Below are positions 6,290-13,899 of a DNA stretch of 32,000 bases, piece by piece. The notes beneath the pieces are model-generated. The model saw only the letters and a program-made list of their open reading frames with translations, was not told where the DNA came from and searched no databases. The translations under genes were made by a program, and so were the position numbers. The DNA is taken from the NCBI GenBank assembly GCA_903828655.1, contig CAIKMX010000050.1:1-32000 (forward strand). Reading direction: 5' to 3'. Position 1 is the first letter of the stretch. Each line of letters starts with the position of its first letter. Origin of the DNA: an uncultured archaeon. GTDB lineage: Archaea; Nanobdellota; Nanobdellia; Pacearchaeales; GW2011-AR1.

Positions 6290-7771
6290 ATGGCAGGAGC
6301 TAAAGCAAAAACCGCAACAAAGAAGAAATTTTATGTAAGCACCCCCATTTTTTATCCGAATGATATTCCACATCTCGGTCATGCATACACAACTATAGCC
6401 GCAGATATACTTTCAAGGTGGCATAAACTTCTTGGAGAAGACGTCTTTTTTTTAACAGGAACTGATGAACATGGTAAAAAGATTGCCACCGCCGCAGAGA
6501 AAGCAGATTTAACCCCCAAACAATTTGTGGATAAACTTGTGCCTCATTTCAAAGATGCCTGGAAGAAACTTAACATCGAATATGACAAATTCATCCGTAC
6601 GACGGATAAAGAACACGAAAAGGTCGTTCAAGAGGCAATACAAAAAGCATTTGACAAAGGAGATATTTATCTTGGAGAGTATGAAGGATTCTATTGTACT
6701 GGGTGTGAAGCCTATTACACAGAAAAAGACCTTGTTGATGGATGCTGTCCAATACACCATACAAAGATAGAAAATCTAAAAGAAGAGTCATACTTTTTCA
6801 AACTTTCAAACTACCAAAAACCTCTTCTAGATTTATATAAAAAAAATCCCGATTTTATTTCTCCAAAGAATAGAAGACAAGAAGTAATCAATAGAGTAAA
6901 AGAAGGACTTAAAGACTTATCAATTTCCAGAACAAGTTTTGACTGGGGAATTCAATTTCCCTTTGATAAAAAACACTACAGTTACGTTTGGCTGGACGCA
7001 CTTTATAACTATTACTCTGCAACAAGAGAAAAAGGAAAAGAAAAATACTGGCCCGCAGATGTTCATCTTATTGGAAAAGATATCTTGTGGTTCCACACGG
7101 TTTATTGGCCTGCTTTCTTGCTTTCAGCAGGAATAGAACTTCCGAAAGTTGTCTTCGCTCACGGATGGTGGACTTTTGATAAAGAAAAAATATCTAAGTC
7201 TCGGGGAAAAGTAATTAACATTGATGAACTAATTTCAATTGCAGGAGTAGATAGTGCAAGATACTTTTTATTTAGAGAGGGAGTTTTCGGAGAGGATTCA
7301 GATTTCTCAAGACAAACTTTGATTGATAGACACAACAACGAACTTGCAAACAAACTAGGAAATCTAGTAAGCCGTGTAGCCGCCTTAGCAGAAAAATATG
7401 GCCTAGAAAAAGTCAAAGAAAAAAATAACAAGCTTCTAAAGAAACTAAAACTAAAGAAGATAGAAGATCATTTTGAAAACCTAGAATTAGACAAAGCTCT
7501 AACAGAGATCTTTTCATTCGTAGATGCTTGTAATGAGTACATTCAAGAAAAGAAGCCCTGGGAAGCTGATGCAAAAGACCGAACAAAAGTTCTTTATGAA
7601 ATTGCGGATGCAATAAAAGCAATAACAATTCTTCTTTCGCCATATCTTCCAGCAACAGCTGAAAAGATTGCAAAGCAATTCAAATTCGATATAAAATACG
7701 AAAATATAGAAAAGCCGTTGACAAATTTGACGATAAAGAAGGGTGAAATCTTATTTCAGAAGATTGCTTAA
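6290..7771 (+). CDS. metG: methionyl-tRNA synthetase, catalytic core plus anticodon-binding domain (no C-terminal tRNA-binding domain)
   Basis: HIGH-type motif PHLGHAYT, KMSKS-type motif KISKS, zinc knuckle CTGCEAYY...CCPIHH. Ends with the core-terminal GEILFQKIA. Confidence 0.95.
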   Translation: MAGAKAKTATKKKFYVSTPIFYPNDIPHLGHAYTTIAADILSRWHKLLGEDVFFLTGTDEHGKKIATAAEKADLTPKQFVDKLVPHFKDAWKKLNIEYDKFIRTTDKEHEKVVQEAIQKAFDKGDIYLGEYEGFYCTGCEAYYTEKDLVDGCCPIHHTKIENLKEESYFFKLSNYQKPLLDLYKKNPDFISPKNRRQEVINRVKEGLKDLSISRTSFDWGIQFPFDKKHYSYVWLDALYNYYSATREKGKEKYWPADVHLIGKDILWFHTVYWPAFLLSAGIELPKVVFAHGWWTFDKEKISKSRGKVINIDELISIAGVDSARYFLFREGVFGEDSDFSRQTLIDRHNNELANKLGNLVSRVAALAEKYGLEKVKEKNNKLLKKLKLKKIEDHFENLELDKALTEIFSFVDACNEYIQEKKPWEADAKDRTKVLYEIADAIKAITILLSPYLPATAEKIAKQFKFDIKYENIEKPLTNLTIKKGEILFQKIA

Positions 7772-7772
7772 T

Positions 7773-7997
7773 ATGAAAAAACCTAACAGAAACTATTCTA
7801 AAAGCAGACTTGTGGCAGAGATTACGGGATTAAGTGACCTAGACGGACTAATAATCAGTTTAACCAACCAATACGAAACAGCCATATCAAGAACACCTGT
7901 AACCGACTTTAGAGCTCAAAAAGAAATAGATAAAACTTATAAAGAACTACTAGCACATTTAAGGAAGGTAAAACGTTACCAAGAGAAATATAAATAA
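7773..7997 (+). CDS. hypothetical 74-aa protein wedged between the two MetRS parts
   Basis: ATG lies 1 nt after the metG stop, and its own stop lies 1 nt before the next ATG. The track start at 7743 overlaps metG and was trimmed. Confidence 0.4.
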   Translation: MKKPNRNYSKSRLVAEITGLSDLDGLIISLTNQYETAISRTPVTDFRAQKEIDKTYKELLAHLRKVKRYQEKYK

Positions 7998-7998
7998 C

Positions 7999-8346
7999 AT
8001 GGCAGACGATTTCAAACCAACAATAACATATGACGATTTTGATAAATTGGATTTCCGTGTCGCGGAAATAGAAAACGTTGAAGAAATCAAAGGCGCAGAT
8101 AAATTATACAAATTAACAATAAACCTTGGAAGTGAAACAAGAACAATCTGTGCAGGAATTAAGCAATTCTATTCTGAATCCGATCTAAAGGGCCGAAAGA
8201 TAATTGTTCTTGCAAACTTGGCTCCAAGAATGTTAAAAGGCATAGAATCAAAGGGCATGTTGTTAGCAGCCTCAAACGAAGACCATACTAATGTAATTCT
8301 TTTAGCTCCAGAATCTGACATTGAACCGGGAAGCAAGATAAGTTAG
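7999..8346 (+). CDS. stand-alone tRNA-binding domain protein (MetRS C-terminal domain / Trbp111 / CsaA-like)
   Basis: ITYDDFDKLDFRVAEIENVEEIKGADKLYKLTINLG...IIVLANLAPRMLKGIESKGMLLAA is the OB-fold tRNA-binding domain normally fused to MetRS. Confidence 0.85.
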   Translation: MADDFKPTITYDDFDKLDFRVAEIENVEEIKGADKLYKLTINLGSETRTICAGIKQFYSESDLKGRKIIVLANLAPRMLKGIESKGMLLAASNEDHTNVILLAPESDIEPGSKIS

Positions 8347-8385
8347 ATGTTTTTGATACTGCTCCGATAATTACCTAAATTCTGA

Positions 8386-8443
8386 GTTGCCAAGTCACAA
8401 AATTGCTCCTACAACAACGACTCCTCCACAAATGTTACTAAAC
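8386..8443 (+). repeat. 58-nt intergenic repeat, copy A
   Basis: GTTGCCAAGTCACAAAATTGCTCCTACAACAACGACTCCTCCACAAATGTTACTAAAC. Same length and same ends as 11336-11393 and 11816-11873. Confidence 0.8.
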
Positions 8444-8592
8444 AATTACCGCTCCGCATCCGCGTTCCGCAGGATGCTCCGCTCCAAATTCTTTTTGCGA
8501 ATGTGCGGTAGTTCTTAATTGGCGTGGCTAAGTTTTTCTTTTTATCAAAACATCACAATAATCTTTATAAACTTCTTAGACAACAACATTTT

Positions 8593-8913
8593 ATGGGAGA
8601 TGAAGACACAAGAGATGATACATGGTATATAGCAATTATAAGGGGTGGAAGCAGCCATTACCCTCTTACTGCGGTATGTGGTGAATCTTATAGGGATTTT
8701 AGTAGACACGCTGCAAAAAATGGAATGAACATTGTTGCAGAGAGATTTGGTATCAGTGACTTAGAAATTAATCTACTTACAGGATTCAGCAGAGAGGGTA
8801 AAAGAACCGGAGAAATCCCCCAACTAACTGCTCTTGCAATAAAGTTGGATTCTGAGGGAGCACCAAATGCACAAGAAGAACTAAACAAATTATGTGATCA
8901 GTTACCAAAATAG
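8593..8913 (+). CDS. hypothetical protein, 106 aa
   Basis: The track ORF starts at GTG 8524. The first ATG at 8593 lies about 25 nt after CTTTATAAAC (8564-8573). Confidence 0.5.
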   Translation: MGDEDTRDDTWYIAIIRGGSSHYPLTAVCGESYRDFSRHAAKNGMNIVAERFGISDLEINLLTGFSREGKRTGEIPQLTALAIKLDSEGAPNAQEELNKLCDQLPK

Positions 8914-8940
8914 TTTTATTAAAAAATCATCCAAATAATT

Positions 8941-9687
8941 TTATCCGAAAATTCTTTCAAAGAAACCAATCTTTTTTCCGTTTATTCCAAGTATCTTTTC
9001 TGCAATCTCAACATACTTCTTAGCAACCTTGCTCTTTGGGTGTGTATGAACAACAGCATCTCTTCTTGTTAATGCTTCCTTAACTGCCTTATCTTCTGGA
9101 ATAACCCCTATAATGGGTGTTTCAAGCATTGACTTTATTGAAGAAAGAGGCATTTCATACTTAGCATTGGTATGTCTTGTAACAATAACTCCTTTTACTT
9201 CCTTGCCCAGTCCCCTTGCGACCTTCACAGCCTTCAAAGCATCAGTCACAGCAGGCATTTCAGGGTTAGTTACAATTATTACTTCATCGGCTACGCCAAG
9301 AACTGCCATAACTTCCTCTCCAAAACCTGCAGCAGAATCGAATATTACAAAATCATGATTCTTTCTCAATTGCTCCACGATTTCAGGAAACTTTTTTGTA
9401 TTAAAGTTCGTTAACTCTTTCACACTTAGTGAAGAAGGCACAATCTTTGTTCCAGATGAATGCTCATATATTGCATCTTCAATATTTGCCTTTCCCTTTA
9501 GAACATGATTTAACGTTATAGGCACAATAGGGGCACCTAAATGTAGCCCAACATTAGGAGTATTAAGGTTAGCATCTACTATAACTACCTCTTTATTTAA
9601 ACTATTTAGTGCTGCACCAAGATTGATAGCAGTTGTTGTTTTTCCAACTCCTCCCTTCCCTGAATTCACCACAATTACTTTTGCCAT
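8941..9687 (-). CDS. minD: MinD/ParA-family P-loop ATPase (archaeal MinD-like)
   Basis: Deviant Walker A SGKGGVGKTT at the N-terminus, Walker B-like DFVIFDSAAG. Length 248 aa. Confidence 0.85.
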   Translation of the reverse strand: MAKVIVVNSGKGGVGKTTTAINLGAALNSLNKEVVIVDANLNTPNVGLHLGAPIVPITLNHVLKGKANIEDAIYEHSSGTKIVPSSLSVKELTNFNTKKFPEIVEQLRKNHDFVIFDSAAGFGEEVMAVLGVADEVIIVTNPEMPAVTDALKAVKVARGLGKEVKGVIVTRHTNAKYEMPLSSIKSMLETPIIGVIPEDKAVKEALTRRDAVVHTHPKSKVAKKYVEIAEKILGINGKKIGFFERIFG

Positions 9688-9727
9688 TTGATTGAAAAGC
9701 TTAACAAAGATCGAAAAATCCCCGTCA

Positions 9728-10171
9728 TCACTTAGAAAGAATTTGCTTAACTTCGCTTATAAATCTTTCGACAACCCCAAAATATTCGCCTAACTTTTCA
9801 AGATTTATATCGGTGATTTTGTTAGGCTCTATGATTTTAAGATTTACATTCTTCCTAAACTCACCCTCCCTAGTTTTATTTAAGTCTGGTATTCTTTTGA
9901 AAAATATATACACCGGAATAATATCTTGGATTGCTTGTTGCTTCTTAAAATACTTTCTCATAAATTCTATCTTCTCTTTTGGACTTCCAGGCATGTTTGG
10001 GATCTTCTTTTCTTTTATTCCTTTAGCAATTAAAGCATCAAAACTCAATTCAATCATACTCTTCCACCTAGCTATAAGATTAAGAATAACATCACAAGTC
10101 TTAGTGTATTTCAAACTAACATAAAGCAGATGATCTGCACTAATTTTCTCTTTAATAATTTCTTCGATCAT
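9728..10171 (-). CDS. hypothetical helical protein, 147 aa, 40 nt upstream of minD; possible paralog of 10321-10785
   Basis: ATG start. GAGGT about 12 nt upstream is SD-like. Shares ADH(L/M)xYV and the C-terminal EF(R/V)(K/R) region with the neighbouring gene. Confidence 0.6.
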   Translation of the reverse strand: MIEEIIKEKISADHLLYVSLKYTKTCDVILNLIARWKSMIELSFDALIAKGIKEKKIPNMPGSPKEKIEFMRKYFKKQQAIQDIIPVYIFFKRIPDLNKTREGEFRKNVNLKIIEPNKITDINLEKLGEYFGVVERFISEVKQILSK

Positions 10172-10241
10172 TTAATCCCTACCTCAGTCTCTAATGGGCA
10201 TAAAAATAATAGAGGCGGAAGGAGTTTTTATACCTTTCCAC

Positions 10242-10293
10242 CACTCTTTTCTTTTTAGAAAAAAGAAAATTTGTGGTTCAAAAGAAAAACTAA
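10242..10293 (+). repeat. 52-nt palindromic element (copy 2)
   Basis: Identical over 52 nt to 19115-19166. Confidence 0.85.
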
Positions 10294-10320
10294 GGTAGTC
10301 AAAAAGAAACTGAATACCCC

Positions 10321-10785
10321 CTAAATCTTTGGAAATCGTGAAAAAGCTAGTCTAACAGACCTCAAAAACTCTCTTACAATGCCAATTGTAACTATCTCAT
10401 ATCTGTCCCCAACAAGCATTACAAATTTATCTTTTCTAACAAATTCTATTGGTGCCTCTTTGTGTCCTTTTTCAATACGCAAAATCCTCTTCATACTATC
10501 TAGATCGTTTCTTGAAAGATATTTAGGCCCTACAATCCCAAAAAAACTCTCAAAATCCCCCGTAGGATTATTCTGAAATTTAACTCTTCCATGAAAGTTT
10601 TCATAATAAAGATAAGATTTAATCAATTCGGCAGAAGCCTTAGAAAGTTCAGTTATAATCTTCATTAGAATTCTAACTTCTCCAAGTACCGAGAAGCCGA
10701 CATACGCCATGTGGTCCGCCACCTTCAGATGTTCACTTGCATCCTTTAGGTGAGTTTCCCACCTATTGCTCGTTTGAATATTCAT
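10321..10785 (-). CDS. hypothetical helical protein, 154 aa; possible paralog of 9728-10171
   Basis: Trimmed to the internal ATG at 10785 (MNIQTSNRW...), which lies about 25 nt after TTCTATATAG on the minus strand. Confidence 0.6.
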   Translation of the reverse strand: MNIQTSNRWETHLKDASEHLKVADHMAYVGFSVLGEVRILMKIITELSKASAELIKSYLYYENFHGRVKFQNNPTGDFESFFGIVGPKYLSRNDLDSMKRILRIEKGHKEAPIEFVRKDKFVMLVGDRYEIVTIGIVREFLRSVRLAFSRFPKI

Positions 10786-10872
10786 AAAACAATCATGTAA
10801 AATAACTATATAGAATTTATTGTGATGATTTAGCATATAAATTCTTATAAACTATTAAACCCTTGAAAATGT

Positions 10873-11196
10873 ATGACTATAAGCAAGACTGTTGAGGGTT
10901 TTTTAAAAGAGCTGCCCCTAGATTTAAAGAGATTGAACTTGTCATTAGATGGGGGCATTACTCGGGCAGGAGGACCTGCCGCAGAAGGGGAGCAATGGGG
11001 ACCAACACTTTACTGTGATTTAGAAAGAACTGATGGTCGTAGACTAAAGAAAAACTTTCACTCAAGAAGAAGGGGCGACAAGCGTCAGTATCTTGAGCTT
11101 TTGGAGGCGGCAGTTTTCATAGGAGGTTATTATCAGCTTATGGGTGCAGAAGTTGACTTAACAGATATACTTAGTCTTACAATTTTAAGAAAATAA
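10873..11196 (+). CDS. hypothetical protein, 107 aa, Arg/Gly-rich
   Basis: ATG lies about 25 nt after TTCTTATAAAC. Family not recognised. Confidence 0.5.
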   Translation: MTISKTVEGFLKELPLDLKRLNLSLDGGITRAGGPAAEGEQWGPTLYCDLERTDGRRLKKNFHSRRRGDKRQYLELLEAAVFIGGYYQLMGAEVDLTDILSLTILRK

Positions 11197-11335
11197 ATCT
11201 TTCAGGTGGACTATCGCTCCGCGCCGGATTAACTTGCAAGAAGCTCTGGCTTCAATATGACTGTCACGGCGCTCCGCTTTATGATTTTTTGCGAAGGCGC
11301 AATGTTTTAACATACTTGTTCAACTTTATTCTTTA

Positions 11336-11393
11336 GTTGCCAATGCACATGTTTTGAATGGACACAACGACTCCTCCACAAATGTTACCAAAC
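11336..11393 (+). repeat. 58-nt intergenic repeat, copy B
   Basis: Shares positions 1-8 and 29-53 exactly with copy A. The central ~15 nt differ. Confidence 0.8.
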
Positions 11394-11394
11394 A

Positions 11395-11736
11395 TCACTT
11401 CTTCAATTCAATAATCGCCATAGCGATATCGCCGTCATTTTCTTCAAGAAATTCACGAACTTTCTTTTCACTTGCGCCGGTCTTTTCAACCACCATCTTT
11501 ACGTCTTCATCAGAGAATTTTTCTAAATTGGAAGAATCTTCGTGTGCCTCTCCAGCAACCTGATACGTCTCCTGTCCTTGCATCATTATTTTAGTAACTG
11601 AAGGTTCGTCGATCACAAGATTTGGCTCGCCGTCGCCCATCTCAAATATAACCCGTTTAACGTCCAATGGGGTTTGTGAGATTCCCATCTTCTGCATAAC
11701 CTTCTCAACCTGTTTTTGATTTATTCCACCGAACAT
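11395..11736 (-). CDS. nac: nascent polypeptide-associated complex protein (NAC domain plus UBA-like tail)
   Basis: MQKMGISQTPLDVKRVIFEM...PSVTKIMMQGQETYQV is the NAC domain. C-terminal EKKVREFLEENDGDIAMAIIELKK is UBA-like. Confidence 0.85.
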   Translation of the reverse strand: MFGGINQKQVEKVMQKMGISQTPLDVKRVIFEMGDGEPNLVIDEPSVTKIMMQGQETYQVAGEAHEDSSNLEKFSDEDVKMVVEKTGASEKKVREFLEENDGDIAMAIIELKK

Positions 11737-11815
11737 GTTTTTGTTTTTTAAACCTCAAAAACCCCAACGAAGATGAATATATAAATTTATTGAATGAGGA
11801 AATTAACAAAGTTAA

Positions 11816-11873
11816 GCCGCCAAATCATAAAATTGCTCCTACCACAACGATTCCTCCATGCACATTACCAAAC
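11816..11873 (+). repeat. 58-nt intergenic repeat, copy C (about 80 percent identical to A)
   Basis: GCCGCCAAATCATAAAATTGCTCCTACCACAACGATTCCTCCATGCACATTACCAAAC. Confidence 0.7.
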
Positions 11874-12077
11874 CCGTTTTTAGTATCTGCTATTCATCAA
11901 GGGAAGGTTCAACAGGGTTTGTATGTAAAATACTTAACAATACAAACAAAATGCTCCTAACAAATATGTGGAGGAAGGACATATACCGAATCAGTGGAGC
12001 ACACCAGTGCGACATAACATAAGCGATGAAATCGCTAATCTACGCGAGCGAACGAAGTGAGCGAGCTTCATAAATAA

Positions 12078-12227
12078 TTAAAAGAACAACTTCATACCAA
12101 CAACGAACGCAATAACTACAATAATCATTGCAACAACTGCTCCGGGTCCAAACTTTACCTTAGAATCGTACTCTTCATTGTATCTCATTAACCCGCCGAA
12201 TCCGCCGGGCATGCTTATATCTGCCAT
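12078..12227 (-). CDS. secG: preprotein translocase subunit Sec61-beta / SecG (49 aa), absent from the ORF track
   Basis: Hand translation gives MADISMPGGFGGLMRYNEEYDSKVKFGPGAVVAMIIVVIAFVVGMKLFF. It has the conserved GLMRY motif followed by a single C-terminal TM segment. Confidence 0.75.
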   Translation of the reverse strand: MADISMPGGFGGLMRYNEEYDSKVKFGPGAVVAMIIVVIAFVVGMKLFF

Positions 12228-12283
12228 ACCTGCCAAATGCACTTTCAATTTATAAATCTTTGTTTTGAACTTAGAAGTATATT

Positions 12284-12634
12284 TTGAACCACATCAATGC
12301 TTATAAACTCAGAGATTTTAAAGAAGAGATGACAGAAGCTAGTTCTGATGTAGATCAAGACCATCTCCTTAAAGAGATAGAAGACTATGGCGCAGGGAGG
12401 ACAGCGGCAATAGTTGCTTGCATGGGCAAGATAGAAAAATTTGCCCAGAGAGAGGGTTGGAGAGATTACGAAATTCTTAATACCCAGTATGTTTCTATAG
12501 ATGGCGAATATGGTGCTGCAACATCGACAGTTATGTTTAGTGGTAGAATTCCTTTTCAGGTAGGAGATGATGGGAAAAGAAAGGGCAAGCCTAGCCAGTT
12601 AGCAGGGCTAACAGATAACACTATTCGAGCCTAA
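12284..12634 (+). CDS. hypothetical protein (116 aa from TTG; 101 aa from the first ATG at 12329)
   Basis: TTTATAAATC at 12250-12259. Start codon uncertain. The stop overlaps the nth stop by 4 nt (convergent genes). Confidence 0.45.
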   Translation: MNHINAYKLRDFKEEMTEASSDVDQDHLLKEIEDYGAGRTAAIVACMGKIEKFAQREGWRDYEILNTQYVSIDGEYGAATSTVMFSGRIPFQVGDDGKRKGKPSQLAGLTDNTIRA

Positions 12635-13251
12635 ACTGCTTCCTTTATTTCTTTGATAAGAGCATCTTCGCTCTTTCTAGATTTGCCAAACTTTCTTCCA
12701 AACCGAACTAGATTATAATTAATACTTCTTCTATAATTTTTGGGAAATAACTTTTCGAGATCTTTCTCTATTCTTTCACGAACCTTATTTTTTGTCCACC
12801 CTAGCTTTTGCGAAAGCCTAGCAACATGAGTATCAACACCAATAACCTGTTCCTTATGAACAACAGCAAGATAAACATTTGCCGTTTTTCTTCCAACGCC
12901 GGGCAATTCTAATAAACCCTCTGCAGTCTTTGGAATTCCTTTTTGAGAAATAATCTTTGCAGTTTCCTTTATGTGCTTAGCTTTAGTTTTATAATAATTA
13001 ATTGAATGAATGACTCTTTCAATATCTCTTAAACTTGCATTACCAAGCTTTTCAGCACTTGGATACTTTTTAAAAAGCACACCGCAAATTTCAATTGTCT
13101 TCTCGTCCCTATTCTGTGCAGATAAAATTGTCGAAATCAAGACCTGCCAAGGTTTATCCCATTCAGCAGCAAGCCTCATGCTACTCGGTGCAAATTTACC
13201 GATAACTTTCAACTCTTTAATTGCCTTTTCACTTTTTTTATCTAAAGCCAT
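12631..13251 (-). CDS. nth: endonuclease III-like HhH-GPD DNA glycosylase, lacking the Fe-S cluster cysteines
   Basis: HhH motif LLELPGVGRKTANVYL with the catalytic Lys, and Asp in GVDTHVARL. Only one Cys in the whole protein. Confidence 0.8.
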   Translation of the reverse strand: MALDKKSEKAIKELKVIGKFAPSSMRLAAEWDKPWQVLISTILSAQNRDEKTIEICGVLFKKYPSAEKLGNASLRDIERVIHSINYYKTKAKHIKETAKIISQKGIPKTAEGLLELPGVGRKTANVYLAVVHKEQVIGVDTHVARLSQKLGWTKNKVRERIEKDLEKLFPKNYRRSINYNLVRFGRKFGKSRKSEDALIKEIKEAV

Positions 13252-13296
13252 TATACAAAAAACAAAAATGAGTTTTTATACCTAACCCTTGTTCAT

Positions 13297-13899
13297 TTAT
13301 ACTATTCCAAGCCTCAAACTTAGGAGTTTCATAACACTTCCAGCAACTAATGGAATAAGCAAATTATCATCGAGTGTTTGTTCCGCCATTGCAATCTCCA
13401 CATACTCTAAAAACATAGCAACAAAAGCACCAGCAAAAGCAATCCATGGATTAACAAAAAAACTTGCAAAGAAGAATCCAACAAGAGAGCCAACAATAGT
13501 TCCTTCAATGTATTTCTTTTTATTAATTAATGTCGTTCTTCCAAAGTTCGCTCCAACAAAGTGTGAGATTGGATCCGCAAATGTCAAAATAAGTATCGAA
13601 GCAATCGCGATATTTTTAGAAAAAAGTTGCAATACTAAGAGGGAACCAATAAAGAAGAAAATAATCCCCTTTCCGGGAAATCTTTTCATATTACACTCCC
13701 TCTCGAATGTACATAAAAAATCATGAACCACCGGAACTCGGTACATCGTAGATAAAAAACTAACAAAACATCCAATGATAAGTATACCAAATAAAACGAA
13801 CTGCGCAGACGGAACAAATAGTAAGAACATAATAAACGAGATTCCAACTAACATGTGTACAACTTCTCTTTTAAATTCAAACATATCTATTCTTATCAA
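13297..13899 (-). CDS. polyprenol (dolichol) kinase / CTP-transferase family membrane protein
   Basis: Polytopic membrane protein. Motifs FADPISHFVGANFGR, KKYIEGTIVGS and DDNLLIPL resemble the dolichol/phytol kinase family. Confidence 0.6.
   Translation of the reverse strand: MIRIDMFEFKREVVHMLVGISFIMFLLFVPSAQFVLFGILIIGCFVSFLSTMYRVPVVHDFLCTFERECNMKRFPGKGIIFFFIGSLLVLQLFSKNIAIASILILTFADPISHFVGANFGRTTLINKKKYIEGTIVGSLVGFFFASFFVNPWIAFAGAFVAMFLEYVEIAMAEQTLDDNLLIPLVAGSVMKLLSLRLGIV

Noticed and set aside
6194-6382. 62-aa minus-strand ORF across the metG start
   Set aside because: It is antisense to the metG N-terminus and promoter, with no supporting signals.
10205-10243. GGCGGAAGG...CCTTTCCACCA hairpin ending in CCA just before a 52-nt element copy, considered as a tRNA-like minihelix or split-tRNA half
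   Set aside because: There is no T-loop consensus and no acceptor/T-arm geometry. The pairing is better on the minus strand, where it resembles a simple hairpin in the promoter region of 9728-10171.
10321-10785. RIEKGH (Rx4H) as a HEPN nuclease motif
   Set aside because: The motif is not conserved in the paralog 9728-10171, and no other HEPN features were recognisable.
11811-11822. GTTAAGCCGCC resembling the conserved GAAGUUAAGCCGC segment of archaeal 5S rRNA
   Set aside because: The flanking sequence cannot be folded into 5S helices. No matching 5' and 3' closing stem or loop E context was found.
8386-11873. The 58-nt repeats as template and variable repeats of a diversity-generating retroelement
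   Set aside because: The differences between copies are not adenine-specific. The repeats are intergenic rather than at the 3' end of a target gene, and no reverse transcriptase is present in the window.
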